This document shows, in pieces, positions 24,245-35,555 of a stretch of DNA of 64,000 nt. The notes under the pieces are model-generated. The model saw only the letters and a list, made by a program, of their open reading frames with translations, did not search any database and was not told the DNA's origin. How positions within the stretch are numbered: position 1 is the stretch's first letter; each line of letters opens with the position of its first letter. Origin of the DNA: Selaginella moellendorffii. Lineage: Eukaryota; Plantae; Lycopodiophyta. The stretch spans positions 215,626-279,625 of the forward strand of contig NW_003314414.1 in NCBI RefSeq assembly GCF_000143415.4, in the 5' to 3' direction. The position numbers and the translations under genes were made by a program.

Positions 24245-27200
24245 CTAATTAGCTCCAAAAGTTTTCTGCAACTCAGCAATAGTAAGGCTTGCTTGGTGTA
24301 TATGAATATCCACTTTAGGATCCTGGTGCAAGATGTTGATGAAGATGTAGTACATATGCTTGCAAGGAGCATATGCCTTCCCATGTTCCTCGCGCTTCGT
24401 AAAGTCTGGACATGTGCAAGAAGGAAAGTCTTGAATGGCAATTGTGTACTCTCCACCTTCTGTTTTGACTGTGTACTCCTTTGCGAGCGCAGTGATGTAC
24501 TTCGTGGAGAGAATCTCACACTCAAGTGTTTGAGCCAAGTTTATTTTACCTTGCTTCTGCTTGGAGACGGTACCAATAAATTTAACTGCCTTACCTTTTC
24601 CTGCTGGCTTCCTGTGCATCTCTGTAGGAATAGTTCTGGTTCTGTCACTCATATCTCCAACTCTCCTCTCAAGATTGAAACCAGATTTCTCAAGGTTTTC
24701 AATCTCATCCGAGGTGAGCGCAACCCCATTAGCAACCGGCCATTCTTTAGGTACTGCATCAGGTTTAGTCACTATAGTGTCTTCAAGCCGCTTTGTATGG
24801 TTGACATCAGAGTTGCAGCAATATAACCAACACCATCTTGAAAATCCTGCTTGCTTTCGTTCCCCATGGAAACATGGGGCTGGAACAGAAGTAGACTTAT
24901 CAACACGGATCCAAGCCCAACACTTGCCCCTTGGAAGCATCCCCACACACCTTACATTTGATTTCGCTGGCACTCGACGGATTGCCCATTGCTTCGGCTC
25001 CACACTACGATAAGCAATTTCAACCTGCTGTGATGCACTTTCTTCATTAGCCACTTGAGGTGGTTCGGTTCTGGGGCGATGTCTTGGAGCAAAATGATAC
25101 TCAACATCAGGCCTGTGAGAGCTTTTTGTTCCAAGATCCGTGCCAACATCTTCACCAGCAAAAGAAATCGACGCTTTGAGCGGACGGTCTTCATATCACC
25201 AATAGAAGCCCGAGGAGTGTACTCCATAGATGTGCCGCGGACCACTTCCTCCACTGCAGTTGCCATTGTTCGTGCTGGTGGAGTCATTTTCTTCTTCATC
25301 CGATCGTGTAACATCTCAACTGAAGGTCCTGTTCCCATGTATCTTCCTTCCTCAAATGCCAAAGCTTTTGAAGACTGCTCTACAGCGCGTATCAAATTTG
25401 ATAGACATGCTTCATATAGACTCATCTTCCCTTTCCCTGCCTCAGAGGAACGCCAGCTCCAATGTTTACTCTCTGAGAGATTCACAGTTGGGGTGTATGC
25501 AAGATCCTCAAGTGGTTGATCCTTATAAAAAGATGATATTAAAAAGCAATAAAAAGAGAGGAAAAAAAGAAAAACCAACCTGAAAAGAGTGATGTCCCCA
25601 TTGGAACATTCTAACTTCCCACCACCCCAACCACGACTCAAGTTGTGGTAGACAACTTACGTCAGTATGGCCATCTTCATGCCACCACATTCGAATCTCG
25701 TTTGCTTTTGCCTCATGCTCTTTTTTAGAAGATGTAGCTTGCCATTGTTTGCACAACTCCTTAAATGCTAATTGGAAATCTGGCTTGATAAGATGGCAGT
25801 GTTGGTTTAGGCTCTGAGCCCAATGGAACTCACATGTCCTCTCACGACCTTCTAGGGGTAGACCATTCCCAAAGACTGCCCGGACACCATTCCAATTAGC
25901 CCCAGCCCCATCTGCCATGAAACCGCGAAAGTTGGCAAGCTTACCAGTCCGCTTCAATACAATGTCGGAGAGGGACTTCCAAAATATTTCTTGAGCCATC
26001 TGGTCTTGTACGTTAAACTCTGCTGTTGCAATTGTCAAGTTACAACGTAGCCTGTGAAAGGTGCAATGTTTATAACCATTTTAAGATAATGAGAAAAAAA
26101 ACTACCTTGGATCATACACATGAGCTCCCATGGTTGTCCAACCTGCCACCCGCTCCATATGGTCAAAATGTACCCATGCATTAGCAAGGTCACTCGACCC
26201 AGACATATCCATTCGGGAAACAAGATCCACACCAAAGGCAGGGCCCATGGTAGACATTTTGAAAACGAAGGGGCGCTCTTGCTCACTAACGACTTGATCT
26301 GGAAATAAACTCCCATGGATAAACTCATAGGGACAAGTCCGTTTTAGTTCAAGGATTGAGTCGATTTTTGATTGGAGTTTCCCCTCTCGAGATTCACACA
26401 TCCAAGACTTTATCCTAAATAAAACAAAATGTAAGAGAGATATTATTGAAAAGTATGTAATAATATTTTCATACCTTCTAAGGCTAGTTGCAGGTTGCAC
26501 ATGTCGTAGTAACTCCCGCAAGCTAGCCTCATCCAGTTGAGTATTCTTGTAGTCCGGATCAAGTAAAGTATTTGCGATAAAATCCTTGAGCACTGTCTTC
26601 TGAACATGCTTCGGAGTTGCAGATGAGTTTCTCACAGTCTCTATCTACACTGCATCTTTGAAATGGTTGACTGAACTCCTTTGTATCCCTTCCTGCATTG
26701 GATATGTGTGCGTGCCAATATGTACTGCAGCTCTACCAACCTCTCCATCCCGTGGAAGAAAATAGTACATCTTGGCCCCGCAGATGGCACGACACAATGG
26801 AGCATTCTTGCAAAACCGACACTTGAATCCAACACCAATGGTGTCACAGAGGGGAGGATTGGTTGCAGATCCTTCAAAAAATATGGAGTTTTTACCACGC
26901 TCTTGATTGCATGCTTTATTCACACAATCCAAATACCCACCGCAATGAACCATGGACACTATGCCTTCAAAATGCTGGAAATGTGTGGTCTTGATCTTGC
27001 ACCAGTTATGGACATCCTGCTTCGTCTCCATCCCCTTTCGTTTTGAGCTGACAAGAGGTGGTAGTTCAAAGAAGATATTGCCATTGTATGTAGATGGGAG
27101 CTTGCTAACGAGCCTATGCAGAAAGGAACGCACGTTGATAGAGAGGCGGGAAAACTGGAAAGCGTTGCAAACAGCTTGGAATATCAGTGAAGTTGGAGTT

Positions 27201-27568
27201 TGGAAATTCTTGGCTCGCACTGGACTAACATCTCCACTAGAACTAGAAGAGGAAGAAATGATGACGACCGACTCTTGCTTCACATTCACTTTAGTAAGAT
27301 CACAGCCTCGCACTTTGATTGGAGATCCAAAAACTCGAATCTCTTTCGACTTGGAATGTTGCAAATCCCAATGTTGTCCACCTTCACCTACACCCGAAAG
27401 AAGAAACTCCGATCGTTCAACTACACCAATGTTGTTGCGAATCACAGCTTCCAATGAAATAGAACCGAGAGAAAGATCGAAACGTTGGCAAAGAAAACTT
27501 TCTGAAATAAGACTCTGGGAGATAGAAAGCAGTGGGTGATCTTGGTAATGCAAAAGGAAGCCCTCCAT
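24245..27568 (-). pseudogene. MULE-type transposase with GCM/WRKY-like Zn domain and C-terminal SWIM finger
   Basis: CGGYLDCVNKAC...CGAK...HTYP; VHFDH; FMADGAGANWNGVRAVF...TCEFHW (the MULE CxxH motif); SWIM CTCPDF...CKH. Short introns, a TAG at 26645 and a frameshift near 25100. Confidence 0.85.
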
Positions 27569-28374
27569 TTTGTTGCCTTTAGGTTTTGGAACTCTGAACT
27601 TTTATAACGAAATGTCACCTCACATGTGCTATGCCATTATGTGAAAAGATAGGGCGATTTTATTCTAGGATCTAACATCGAATAATGTTGTTATAATAAA
27701 TTCTGTATGAAGTATATAGGACTATGTTGTACAATATTAAAAGTCTATATACATTGAATTCAAAAACATACTCAAATTTATTATATGCACTAACTTTTGG
27801 TAGAACGGAAAGAAATATCACGTCAAGCATGTGCCATAATATGAAAGATAGGAATGATTTTATTCTAGGATCTACCATCAACCAATTGTTGCCAAATAAA
27901 TTAAATATTGTACATATTTTCAGTACTTCATTAAAGCTAGAAATCATCACATTCTTCTGAACTCATTTAAATATATTCCATCTTTGTACTACCATCTATC
28001 ACCTATAGTAAATTATCTATATACATTACTTTGGAAATAACACCTTACGATTTAATAATCTTATATTTTCTAACAATTTCGTACTGTGATCAATTCAACA
28101 CATGCGTCTGTGACATTATTTCACATTATGACATAGTCATATTAGAGCACACCTCCATTATTAAATTACAATTCAAAAGGACTTTGTCACGTGATCAAAT
28201 CTAGGGCGGAATAGAAATTGTATAGTGCTAGATTTATTATTTATTGTACAGTGAAGATTTACTGCATCCATGATGAACGGCTGTGATGAAAGTTAGGTTA
28301 GGGTTAGGGCAGCTGCCGGCGTTAGGGTTTTACAGAAAGTATCGCGGGAGATTGAGAGTGACTGCGGGAACAGA

Positions 28375-31300
28375 ATGCCGCCAAGAGTAAGTTTTTCCTC
28401 CTTCTCCACTCCCTCTCCTCCACTCCCTCTCCTCCCCGCCCAGCGCCGCCGCGCCCAGCGCCCCCGCGCCCACGCCATGCCCAGCGCCGCCACGCTGCGC
28501 ACATCACGCCATGCTCAACACCGCCACTGCCCAGGGCTGCCGAGCGCCGCCCACTGCCATGCCACGCCCAGCGCAGTGCTGCCTGCCCAGCACCGCCACT
28601 GCCATGCCGCCGCTGCCGTGCCGCCCCTGCCCAGCACCGCCGCTGCCATGCCGCCGCTGCCCAGCACCGCCACTGCCATGCCGCTGCTGCCGTGCCGCCG
28701 CTGCCCAGCACTGCCACTGCCATACCGCCGCTGCCGTGCCAACGCCACGCCACGCCAGCGCCACGCTGCCTAGGGCCACTGCTGCCCAGCACCGCCGCTG
28801 CCAAGTGCCCAGGCCGGGCATTTGGCTGGGCACTCCGCCTGGGCCGGCCAAGTCCACACAGGCTGGCCAAGGCGCTTGGCTGGCAAAGGCGCCAAGTGCT
28901 TGCGCCAAATGCCCATGCTGGGCATTTGGTGCGAGCCAGCTAAGTCCAAGCGCCAAGGCCGGCTCGCGGGCTGTTGGTCTTGGCGCGGGCCGGCCAAGGT
29001 GCTTGGGGGAGGCGTGCACCGAGCCCACGCCCTGTTCCCCTCTTCTTATGCATTTATAATTTATAATGAGTTTTTTTTATTTTCAGAAACGGAAGCAACT
29101 ACAAAAGGAGAGGGATGTTGGATCAAAGAGAAGACATAAGGAAGATGAGATCCAGGATGACAATTAAAGAGAAGACATGAGGAAGATGAGATCCAGGATG
29201 ACAATCAAGTTGACCTTCAGATAGAGATTTCCACAGCGACAACTCTACCGTCTTCCCAACCACATAGCTCCAGTCCACATGCACCCCCACCACCGCCATC
29301 GATGCCACCACCACCATTACCACTGCCACCACCGCCACCACCATTACCACCACCGCCACCTTTACCTTCATCACCACCATTACCACCACCGTCATCACCA
29401 CCATTACCACCACCACCGTCATCACCACCATTACCACCACCACCGCCACCATCATCACCACCACCAGCGCAACCATTGTCATCACTACCATTACTGCCAC
29501 AACCACAAATGCCACTACTCTTAACATATTCACAAAATATGGCAGAAACGGAGTAGTGCCCAAGTGCGCCCGGATGCGGTGTTGGGCCCGAGTCGGGGGA
29601 TAGATCTGATAATGGTGCTACTGGAGGTGTAGCTGAAGCTGAAAGAGAAGTGGAGCTACCTAAACACATTGTCGACAAGCGCTTCCAAGAGACAGTTTTG
29701 AGAACTAAAGAGAAGGCCATTCACACGACTCTGGAGTCTCTCAAGTGGGAAGGCCCGGGGCACATGATCCGAGAAATCCCACTATGTCGATTCACTCAGA
29801 CAAGCATCGTTCGGTTTGCTTCACCGCACTTCGTCAACATGGACATCTATAGTCTGTACAAACAGAATGGCCTTGGGACAAACATAGGTATGTTCCTTGT
29901 TTCGGTTTTCAAGCCAGGAACGACAAATACCCTCTCGGTGTCACCGGAAATCGAGAGGGATTGGGATGACATTTGGAAAATGAAGTCCCGCGAATTTGAC
30001 AACAACCTTATGAGCCATCCTGAGACTCAACAATTTGTGGGGAAAATGTTCTACATTATCGACGGGAATCATCGCTGGTGCGCGTGGATGAAGTGCATCC
30101 GAGAATGCTTCTGAGACGATCCTGTCTATCACATCAATGTTCCGGTTGGACATGTACACGCGAGAGGATCTCTAGATTTGGCAAGGCTTGTGATAGCTTG
30201 CCACAAAATTAATGCATAAGTACCTCTCCTTCAATCACTTTTAACAATTTATGTTTTGCAGACTGGGACAGTTTGCAGTGCAGAAACAAAGCCTAGTACA
30301 TGATATGGAGCAGATCTGGTTTCTTGCCAATCTCGACGAGGATGCAGTCCGCAGCCACTATGGTGATGATTTAGCATCACTTATTCGACATCAACGAGGT
30401 CGTCAGGATGCCAATAGATGGTACAAGAATCCAGTGGCTTTTATGACAGCTGTGTGGAGTAAGGTATGTTCTTTTAAGTATACTTCTTATCATAGAATGT
30501 TTGTGTTGTCTTCAGCCATTGGTGAAGGTTAAGCAAGATGCATATGCACAGTCGCATCGAGCTGAAAATGATCAAGAACTCTCAGAGCATTTAGCTGCAA
30601 TTGACAAGAAAATCAACACCACAAAGAAGACAAAGGTAAAGAAATTACTTAGTGTGGCTGACCCTCGACGCCCAAAGGAGTGGTTCGATATTATAACAGA
30701 GATTGCTTGTCATGAAAGTAAGTATTGTTTATATTTACATGAAGGTTCTCACAAAAGTTATTTTTTAGTGGGCAAGACTCCAGATGAGATTATTTACAAC
30801 ATCTCAAAGTCAAAGCTTACATATGAGGAACAGATACACATTCTGAACGACCTCAATAGCAGACTCAGGGAAGGAGAAAAAGGTTTGGACAGTATAATGG
30901 AGACTGTGATGAGGAGGACCGTCTACATTTCACAAACTGTATATGAAGGGGAGATGTTTCTAGCGCCTTTCATAGGGGATGATCCTGAGCAACTTCCATT
31001 TAAGGACTTCGTCACCATTGAGCTTACAAAACTTGGAGAGGACTGGCTGCCAAACAAGGCCACAAGCACGACTCCATTTGAGAAACAACTTGGCCAACCT
31101 TACTTCATGCGTCGAGCGGCTTTCAGGTAACATACAATTTCTCAACTATACTCAATTGTTTATATTCTATTATAGGTATCTCCAATATAGAAGTGTTCCT
31201 CTCGAAACACCGGTATGCACACACCTCCTGAGGCATGGTGTAAGAGATGGAGGCATGTACCCGACAACAATGAAGTTTCCAGCAGCAATAAAGTGCGCTT

Positions 31301-32647
31301 GTCCTTGGGAATTGGAGATGCCAGATTATGAACCAACCCACCATGAGGCTGCAAGAGGCAACAATGATGACGAAGATGATGGCCATGAGAATGTCGACCC
31401 TGTTGGTGCCAATGGCGAGCAGAGTGAAGATGGCGGTGAGAACAAGATTCTTCGAGACGAAGTCGAGCAAGAGAACCAGAACGTCCAAGAAGTTCTACCT
31501 CGACGAAAGCGAGCAAATCCACATCTGGAGGAATTAGTCAACAGTGATGATGATCGTCCAAAACGTCCCCGTAACCGAGGAACTTCTCGAGGTATATTTC
31601 TTTTTATTCTCTCCTTTTCTTAGTTCCTCAAAATGGTTGCAGCAAAAACTGTCGGGAGTAACTTCATTCCAGCTCGTCTTGATGCTCGAGAAGAGGACTT
31701 GGAGGAACTTACATCTACCACATGCCACATGATGGTATGTAAATTTTTCTTAAGTTCACATCTTATCTTTGTCTTCTCCCCCTAGATTCGCCCTGTATCT
31801 CCAGTGGCATTCCGTGGTGAAGTTGGGATCTTTATTGGCTCCTATAGTTCATTGATGGCATCTTTTGAGGAGGATGCTGAGAATATGGCTATCTGGCAAA
31901 AGTGGGAGCGCTTTTGTCAGAAGATCCATAGGTGACCACTCAAGAGCACAAACTTCATTCTCTTTGACATGCCAGATGGTCTTCCAGACGCTAATGGTGA
32001 TGTCCCAAGCTGGAACAACCTGACTAAAGACCACTTGAAGGATGCATTCCTTTTGGCAGCAATTCTCCTTCACACAACCGGTCAAGTTGCCTTCATTCTC
32101 CCGAATGACCCCCATTGGATGTCCTGCCTTATGAGGTATGCAAGTCGAGTCAACTTCAAGAGGTTCTCTTCCGGATGCATCATGGATAGTGTTGGGGTCG
32201 AGACCAAAGGTGTCCTAGGCATGCCAGAGAAGGTAAGAAATCATTTTCTGTTTTGGTTGTCTCTAAAGTTTTATTATTCAGGTTATGATGTGGACCTACC
32301 ATGTGTTTTGCAGAAAAGAAAATGACGGTTTTCGTGATAGCGAGCGTGTTGCAAGGGTTTTGCCAGGGTATGACAGCTTTACTGACATCATACCAAATCT
32401 CATAGACGACAACATCCGCAACACATTGTCTGGGTATCGGTTCCGATCTCCATCGGCGATGCATGTCCTACTTGAGCTTTATTGCCCAACTAGAGGTGTT
32501 GTCATCGATTGCACAGCAGGTAGTGGTTCGATGGTCGAAGCAGCACGTGACTCTAGTAGATCGGTGTTTGCGATTGAAGAATATGATTTCTTCAAACGCC
32601 GTCTTCGAGGTTTTTGTCCTTCTCTATCAGTTGCTTCTAGGAGGTAA
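28375..32647 (+). pseudogene. Spliced cargo gene: NLS/Pro-rich N-terminus + ParB-like domain + beta-class N4C/N6A DNA methyltransferase-like domain
   Basis: MPPR, intron 28387-29086, then KRKQ. ParB-like YIIDGNHR (30061-30075). Motif IV position NFILFDMPDG (31966-31977) followed by LLHTTGQV. SAM-binding VVIDCTAGSGSMVEAARDSSRSVFAIE (32507-32527). Several in-frame stops. Confidence 0.75.
28420..29030. repeat. GC-rich tandem array (GCCGCTGCCCAGCACCGCCACTGCCATGCC-like; GCCAAG motifs) inside intron 1
   Basis: Directly visible. It lies within the predicted 700-nt GT-AG intron. Confidence 0.8.
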
Positions 32648-33067
32648 TTTATGATGTTTTAAAAACTTTTAAATAATATATATTTAGTTTTCTATAAGTC
32701 TTCCTAGGTATGCATGGCACATCATATGCAATGTGTAAATTGAGGAGTGGTATGAAAAATCTATTTATTAATGATACATTAAAAGACAATTGAATGCAAT
32801 GAGAAAGATGTGTCACATGTCAATGTGATAATGATTGTGACACTGACAGTGTCAGTGTAGCAGATAGTGACAGTGATAGTGTCAGTGACAGAGACAGTGT
32901 CAGTGTCAGAGATGACAAAGTTGCAGTGTCAGTCTGTCAAATTTCATAATTACTAGTATTATCAATTTATTATCTATAGGTAATACAATTTTGTTAATAA
33001 AAAAAAGGCGAGAGGGGGGGGGGGATGAATAATATCATAGTGTAAGAATTATTAGTGGCTGGAATTT

Positions 33068-33616
33068 TCAGTAGGATGGCCTAAAAATACCATATTCAGC
33101 ACTTGTGGGTGTAGGATTTACTAACGGAATATTGTTCCTCACCATGAAATGATAATGATTGTGTGTTCTTAACTCTTTCTTGATTTTCTTATACATCCAT
33201 TTATGCACACCTTCCACACCAGTTCTTGGGCAGTTGTGACAGTGTTCTAGAAAAGTTTTTAGACCCATACAGCCTTCCGTTTTATCTAAATAAAAGTAGC
33301 AGATGGGACACTGGAGATAATATGTGTTCATTCTTTCAAAAGTTTCAACCATATCGGGAGCAAGATCTTGAAGAAACATCTGGCATCGCTCTTGAAGCAC
33401 ATGAGGCAATCCATCTTTAATAGCAACATTTAGAACATTATCTGGAAGAGGGATCTCTTGTTCAGTCACACTTGGGGCTACAAAAGAAAGGGCCTCACAA
33501 CGATTGATGTATGGAGGGAAGGGTGGAATGTTGGTAGAAGTTGGAGATGGAGGTGGAGACTCATATGAAATGCATAGGGGCCAAGTGCGAGTAGCAATAG
33601 CATTTTCCCTAGCCAT
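33068..33616 (-). CDS. Stand-alone SGS3-type zf-XS zinc-finger protein, paralog 1
   Basis: CPIC-x11-GL-x5-H-x12-H-x9-EL. Intact ORF and a diverged paralog of 33875-34441. Confidence 0.65.
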   Translation of the reverse strand: MARENAIATRTWPLCISYESPPPSPTSTNIPPFPPYINRCEALSFVAPSVTEQEIPLPDNVLNVAIKDGLPHVLQERCQMFLQDLAPDMVETFERMNTYYLQCPICYFYLDKTEGCMGLKTFLEHCHNCPRTGVEGVHKWMYKKIKKELRTHNHYHFMVRNNIPLVNPTPTSAEYGIFRPSY

Positions 33617-33874
33617 TCCTACACTCTAAACAAACTGAAATTTCAATGTTGAAAGCATCCCTTGTTGGTATTTATACTAAGAAAAGATCTAGGGGTTCTT
33701 GAAAGTTTAAATTGTCAGTCTCAAAAATGGGACTTCAGAATTATAACAGTGTCAGAACCACTTGTATATATAATAATATCTTTATACATGCTAGAATAAT
33801 ATCATTCTCGAAAACATAAGATTCTCCACTTTACTCATAAAGAATTAACCTTTTGAAAAAACTATGCATGACTT

Positions 33875-34441
33875 TCACATTACATTAAAGGGTGGCCTAA
33901 ATATCCCATATTCAGCACTTACTGATGCAGTGTTCACCAATGGAATATTGTTCTCCACCATGAAATCATAATAGCTGTGTGTTTTTAATTCTTTCTTGAT
34001 TTTCTTATACATCCACGCATGCACACCTTCCAAACCTGCTCTTGGGCATTTGCGACAATGCTCAATAAAACTTACCAAACCCATGCAACCATCTGTCTTG
34101 TTTAAATAAAAGTTGCATATAGGACACTGAAGATAATATGTATCTACATTAAGCTCCCCTGCCATATCTGGAGCAAGATCTTGAAGAAAATATTGACATC
34201 GCTCTTGAAGCATTGGAGGCAATCCAACTTTTTTAACAACATCATAAGGAAGGAGTTTTTGTTCAGTTGCACTCGAGGTCGCAAATGGAAGAGCCTCACA
34301 ACAGCCCTCAAAATGAAAAGGAGGATTGTTGCGTAGAGGTGAAGGTGGATTATTGGTTGAGATTGGAGATGGAGGTGGAGACTCATATGAGAGGCCTTCG
34401 GGACCAAAAGTAAACTTCTTCCTAACCATTGCAAGACACAA
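33875..34441 (-). CDS. Stand-alone SGS3-type zf-XS zinc-finger protein, paralog 2
   Basis: Same Zn-finger spacing. The true start is probably the ATG at 34429 (MVRKK). Confidence 0.65.
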   Translation of the reverse strand: MCLAMVRKKFTFGPEGLSYESPPPSPISTNNPPSPLRNNPPFHFEGCCEALPFATSSATEQKLLPYDVVKKVGLPPMLQERCQYFLQDLAPDMAGELNVDTYYLQCPICNFYLNKTDGCMGLVSFIEHCRKCPRAGLEGVHAWMYKKIKKELKTHSYYDFMVENNIPLVNTASVSAEYGIFRPPFNVM

Positions 34442-34850
34442 GAAAAATTAAACTTCCTAGCAATAAGAATTCTCTCATTAATATACTATATTTCAATCTC
34501 GGGAATGATGTTTTATTATGACATGACACTATAGTGAATGATAATTGTCAGTCTTAGTAATTACAACCTACTATGAGAAACAAGTGGCTATAGGGTTTCA
34601 GAAGCTAAAAACTAGCATATAATTAATATGTAGCCTTATTTTATATAGTTGGCCTGCCATATATAATAATAGCGAATATACACAGGCACGTGAGTATGCC
34701 TTTTTGCAAGATTACCTTTCAATCCCAAAATCATATATAGATTTAATTCTATCTTTGCAAAGACAAAACATATCAAAAGGAATAAGATATATATAAAAAA
34801 CTTACATTTTTTTATAATATTTTAGTGGATTACAAAAGCCATTGAAAGGT

Positions 34851-35096
34851 TTATAGAGTGGATTTATTAGTGCTTTCCGTTGTGCTGTCCATTTTTTCTT
34901 TTCTCTTGCTCTGGATTGTTGTTTCGGAAGTAACAGGAGCATTTTTATCAATAGTGACAGTGGTCTCCACATTCCCGGATGGGTAATAAGGACCAGGCGT
35001 GTAATATGGAGATTGTGGTAGTGAAACAAAATTCACATTCTCACATTTCTGTATGCTAGAACTACTTACAGATTTTTTGTCTTCCTTGCTTCCCAT
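34851..35096 (-). CDS. Small SPYYTPG ORF (81 aa)
   Basis: FVSLPQSPYYTPG...KNAPVTSETTIQSK. A telo-box AAACCCTA at about 35103-35110 lies just upstream of the ATG. Confidence 0.55.
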   Translation of the reverse strand: MGSKEDKKSVSSSSIQKCENVNFVSLPQSPYYTPGPYYPSGNVETTVTIDKNAPVTSETTIQSKRKEKMDSTTESTNKSTL

Positions 35097-35555
35097 CTCT
35101 ATAAACCCTAAAGAATGAACGAGTGAATCAGTGTTTCGAATTATTTATATATTTCTGGTCAATTGTTGAAATGTTAAAATGTTGAAATGTACAATAGAAA
35201 TTTTCCGGTTCATTCGAACTTCAATATTCCCATTTTATTTGGGACCAATAAAGCCCAAAAATTTCTATGGGTTCAAACGAACTTCTAATTCTAGAAATTG
35301 TATAAACTGCATTAGAAAGATTCAAAAAATAAAAATCTCTCTGAACCATTGATACTTAAACTCATAAATTTCAAGTTCACCAAAGAATAACATTTTTCTG
35401 ACTTAATATTTCCTTATAAAACTTATGGTTGACTATGTTGACTAGCATTGACTTGAGCTGAATTGAGCTCAACTCGTGAGCTCAACTCAACTTTGGACCA
35501 TCCCCGTCTAGACCTCTTTCTCTTGCTTCACATTTGACTTGCTTTAGTGGACAAA

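Larger units (their letters stand above)
23599..35508 (-). mobile_element. Mutator-like (MULE) DNA transposon with cargo, ~11.9 kb
   Basis: Imperfect inverted ends: GACGAGCGTGGACCATACTTGAG versus the reverse complement GACGGGGATGGTCCAAAGTTGAG, with subterminal TTGAGCTCACGAG repeats at both ends. Flanked by TA; the exact ends and TSD are ambiguous. Contains a MULE/SWIM transposase. Confidence 0.75.

Noticed and set aside
28293-29139. Ala/Arg/Cys-rich ORFs in the GC array
   Set aside because: Low-complexity repeat translations, better explained as intron sequence.
29650-32647. Bacterial contamination (ParB/methyltransferase)
   Set aside because: The gene has GT-AG introns, a Pro-rich/NLS N-terminus and sits inside a plant MULE.
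32838-32935. TGACAG/TGTCAG short repeats downstream of the methyltransferase gene
   Set aside because: Simple low-complexity array with no evidence of function from sequence alone.
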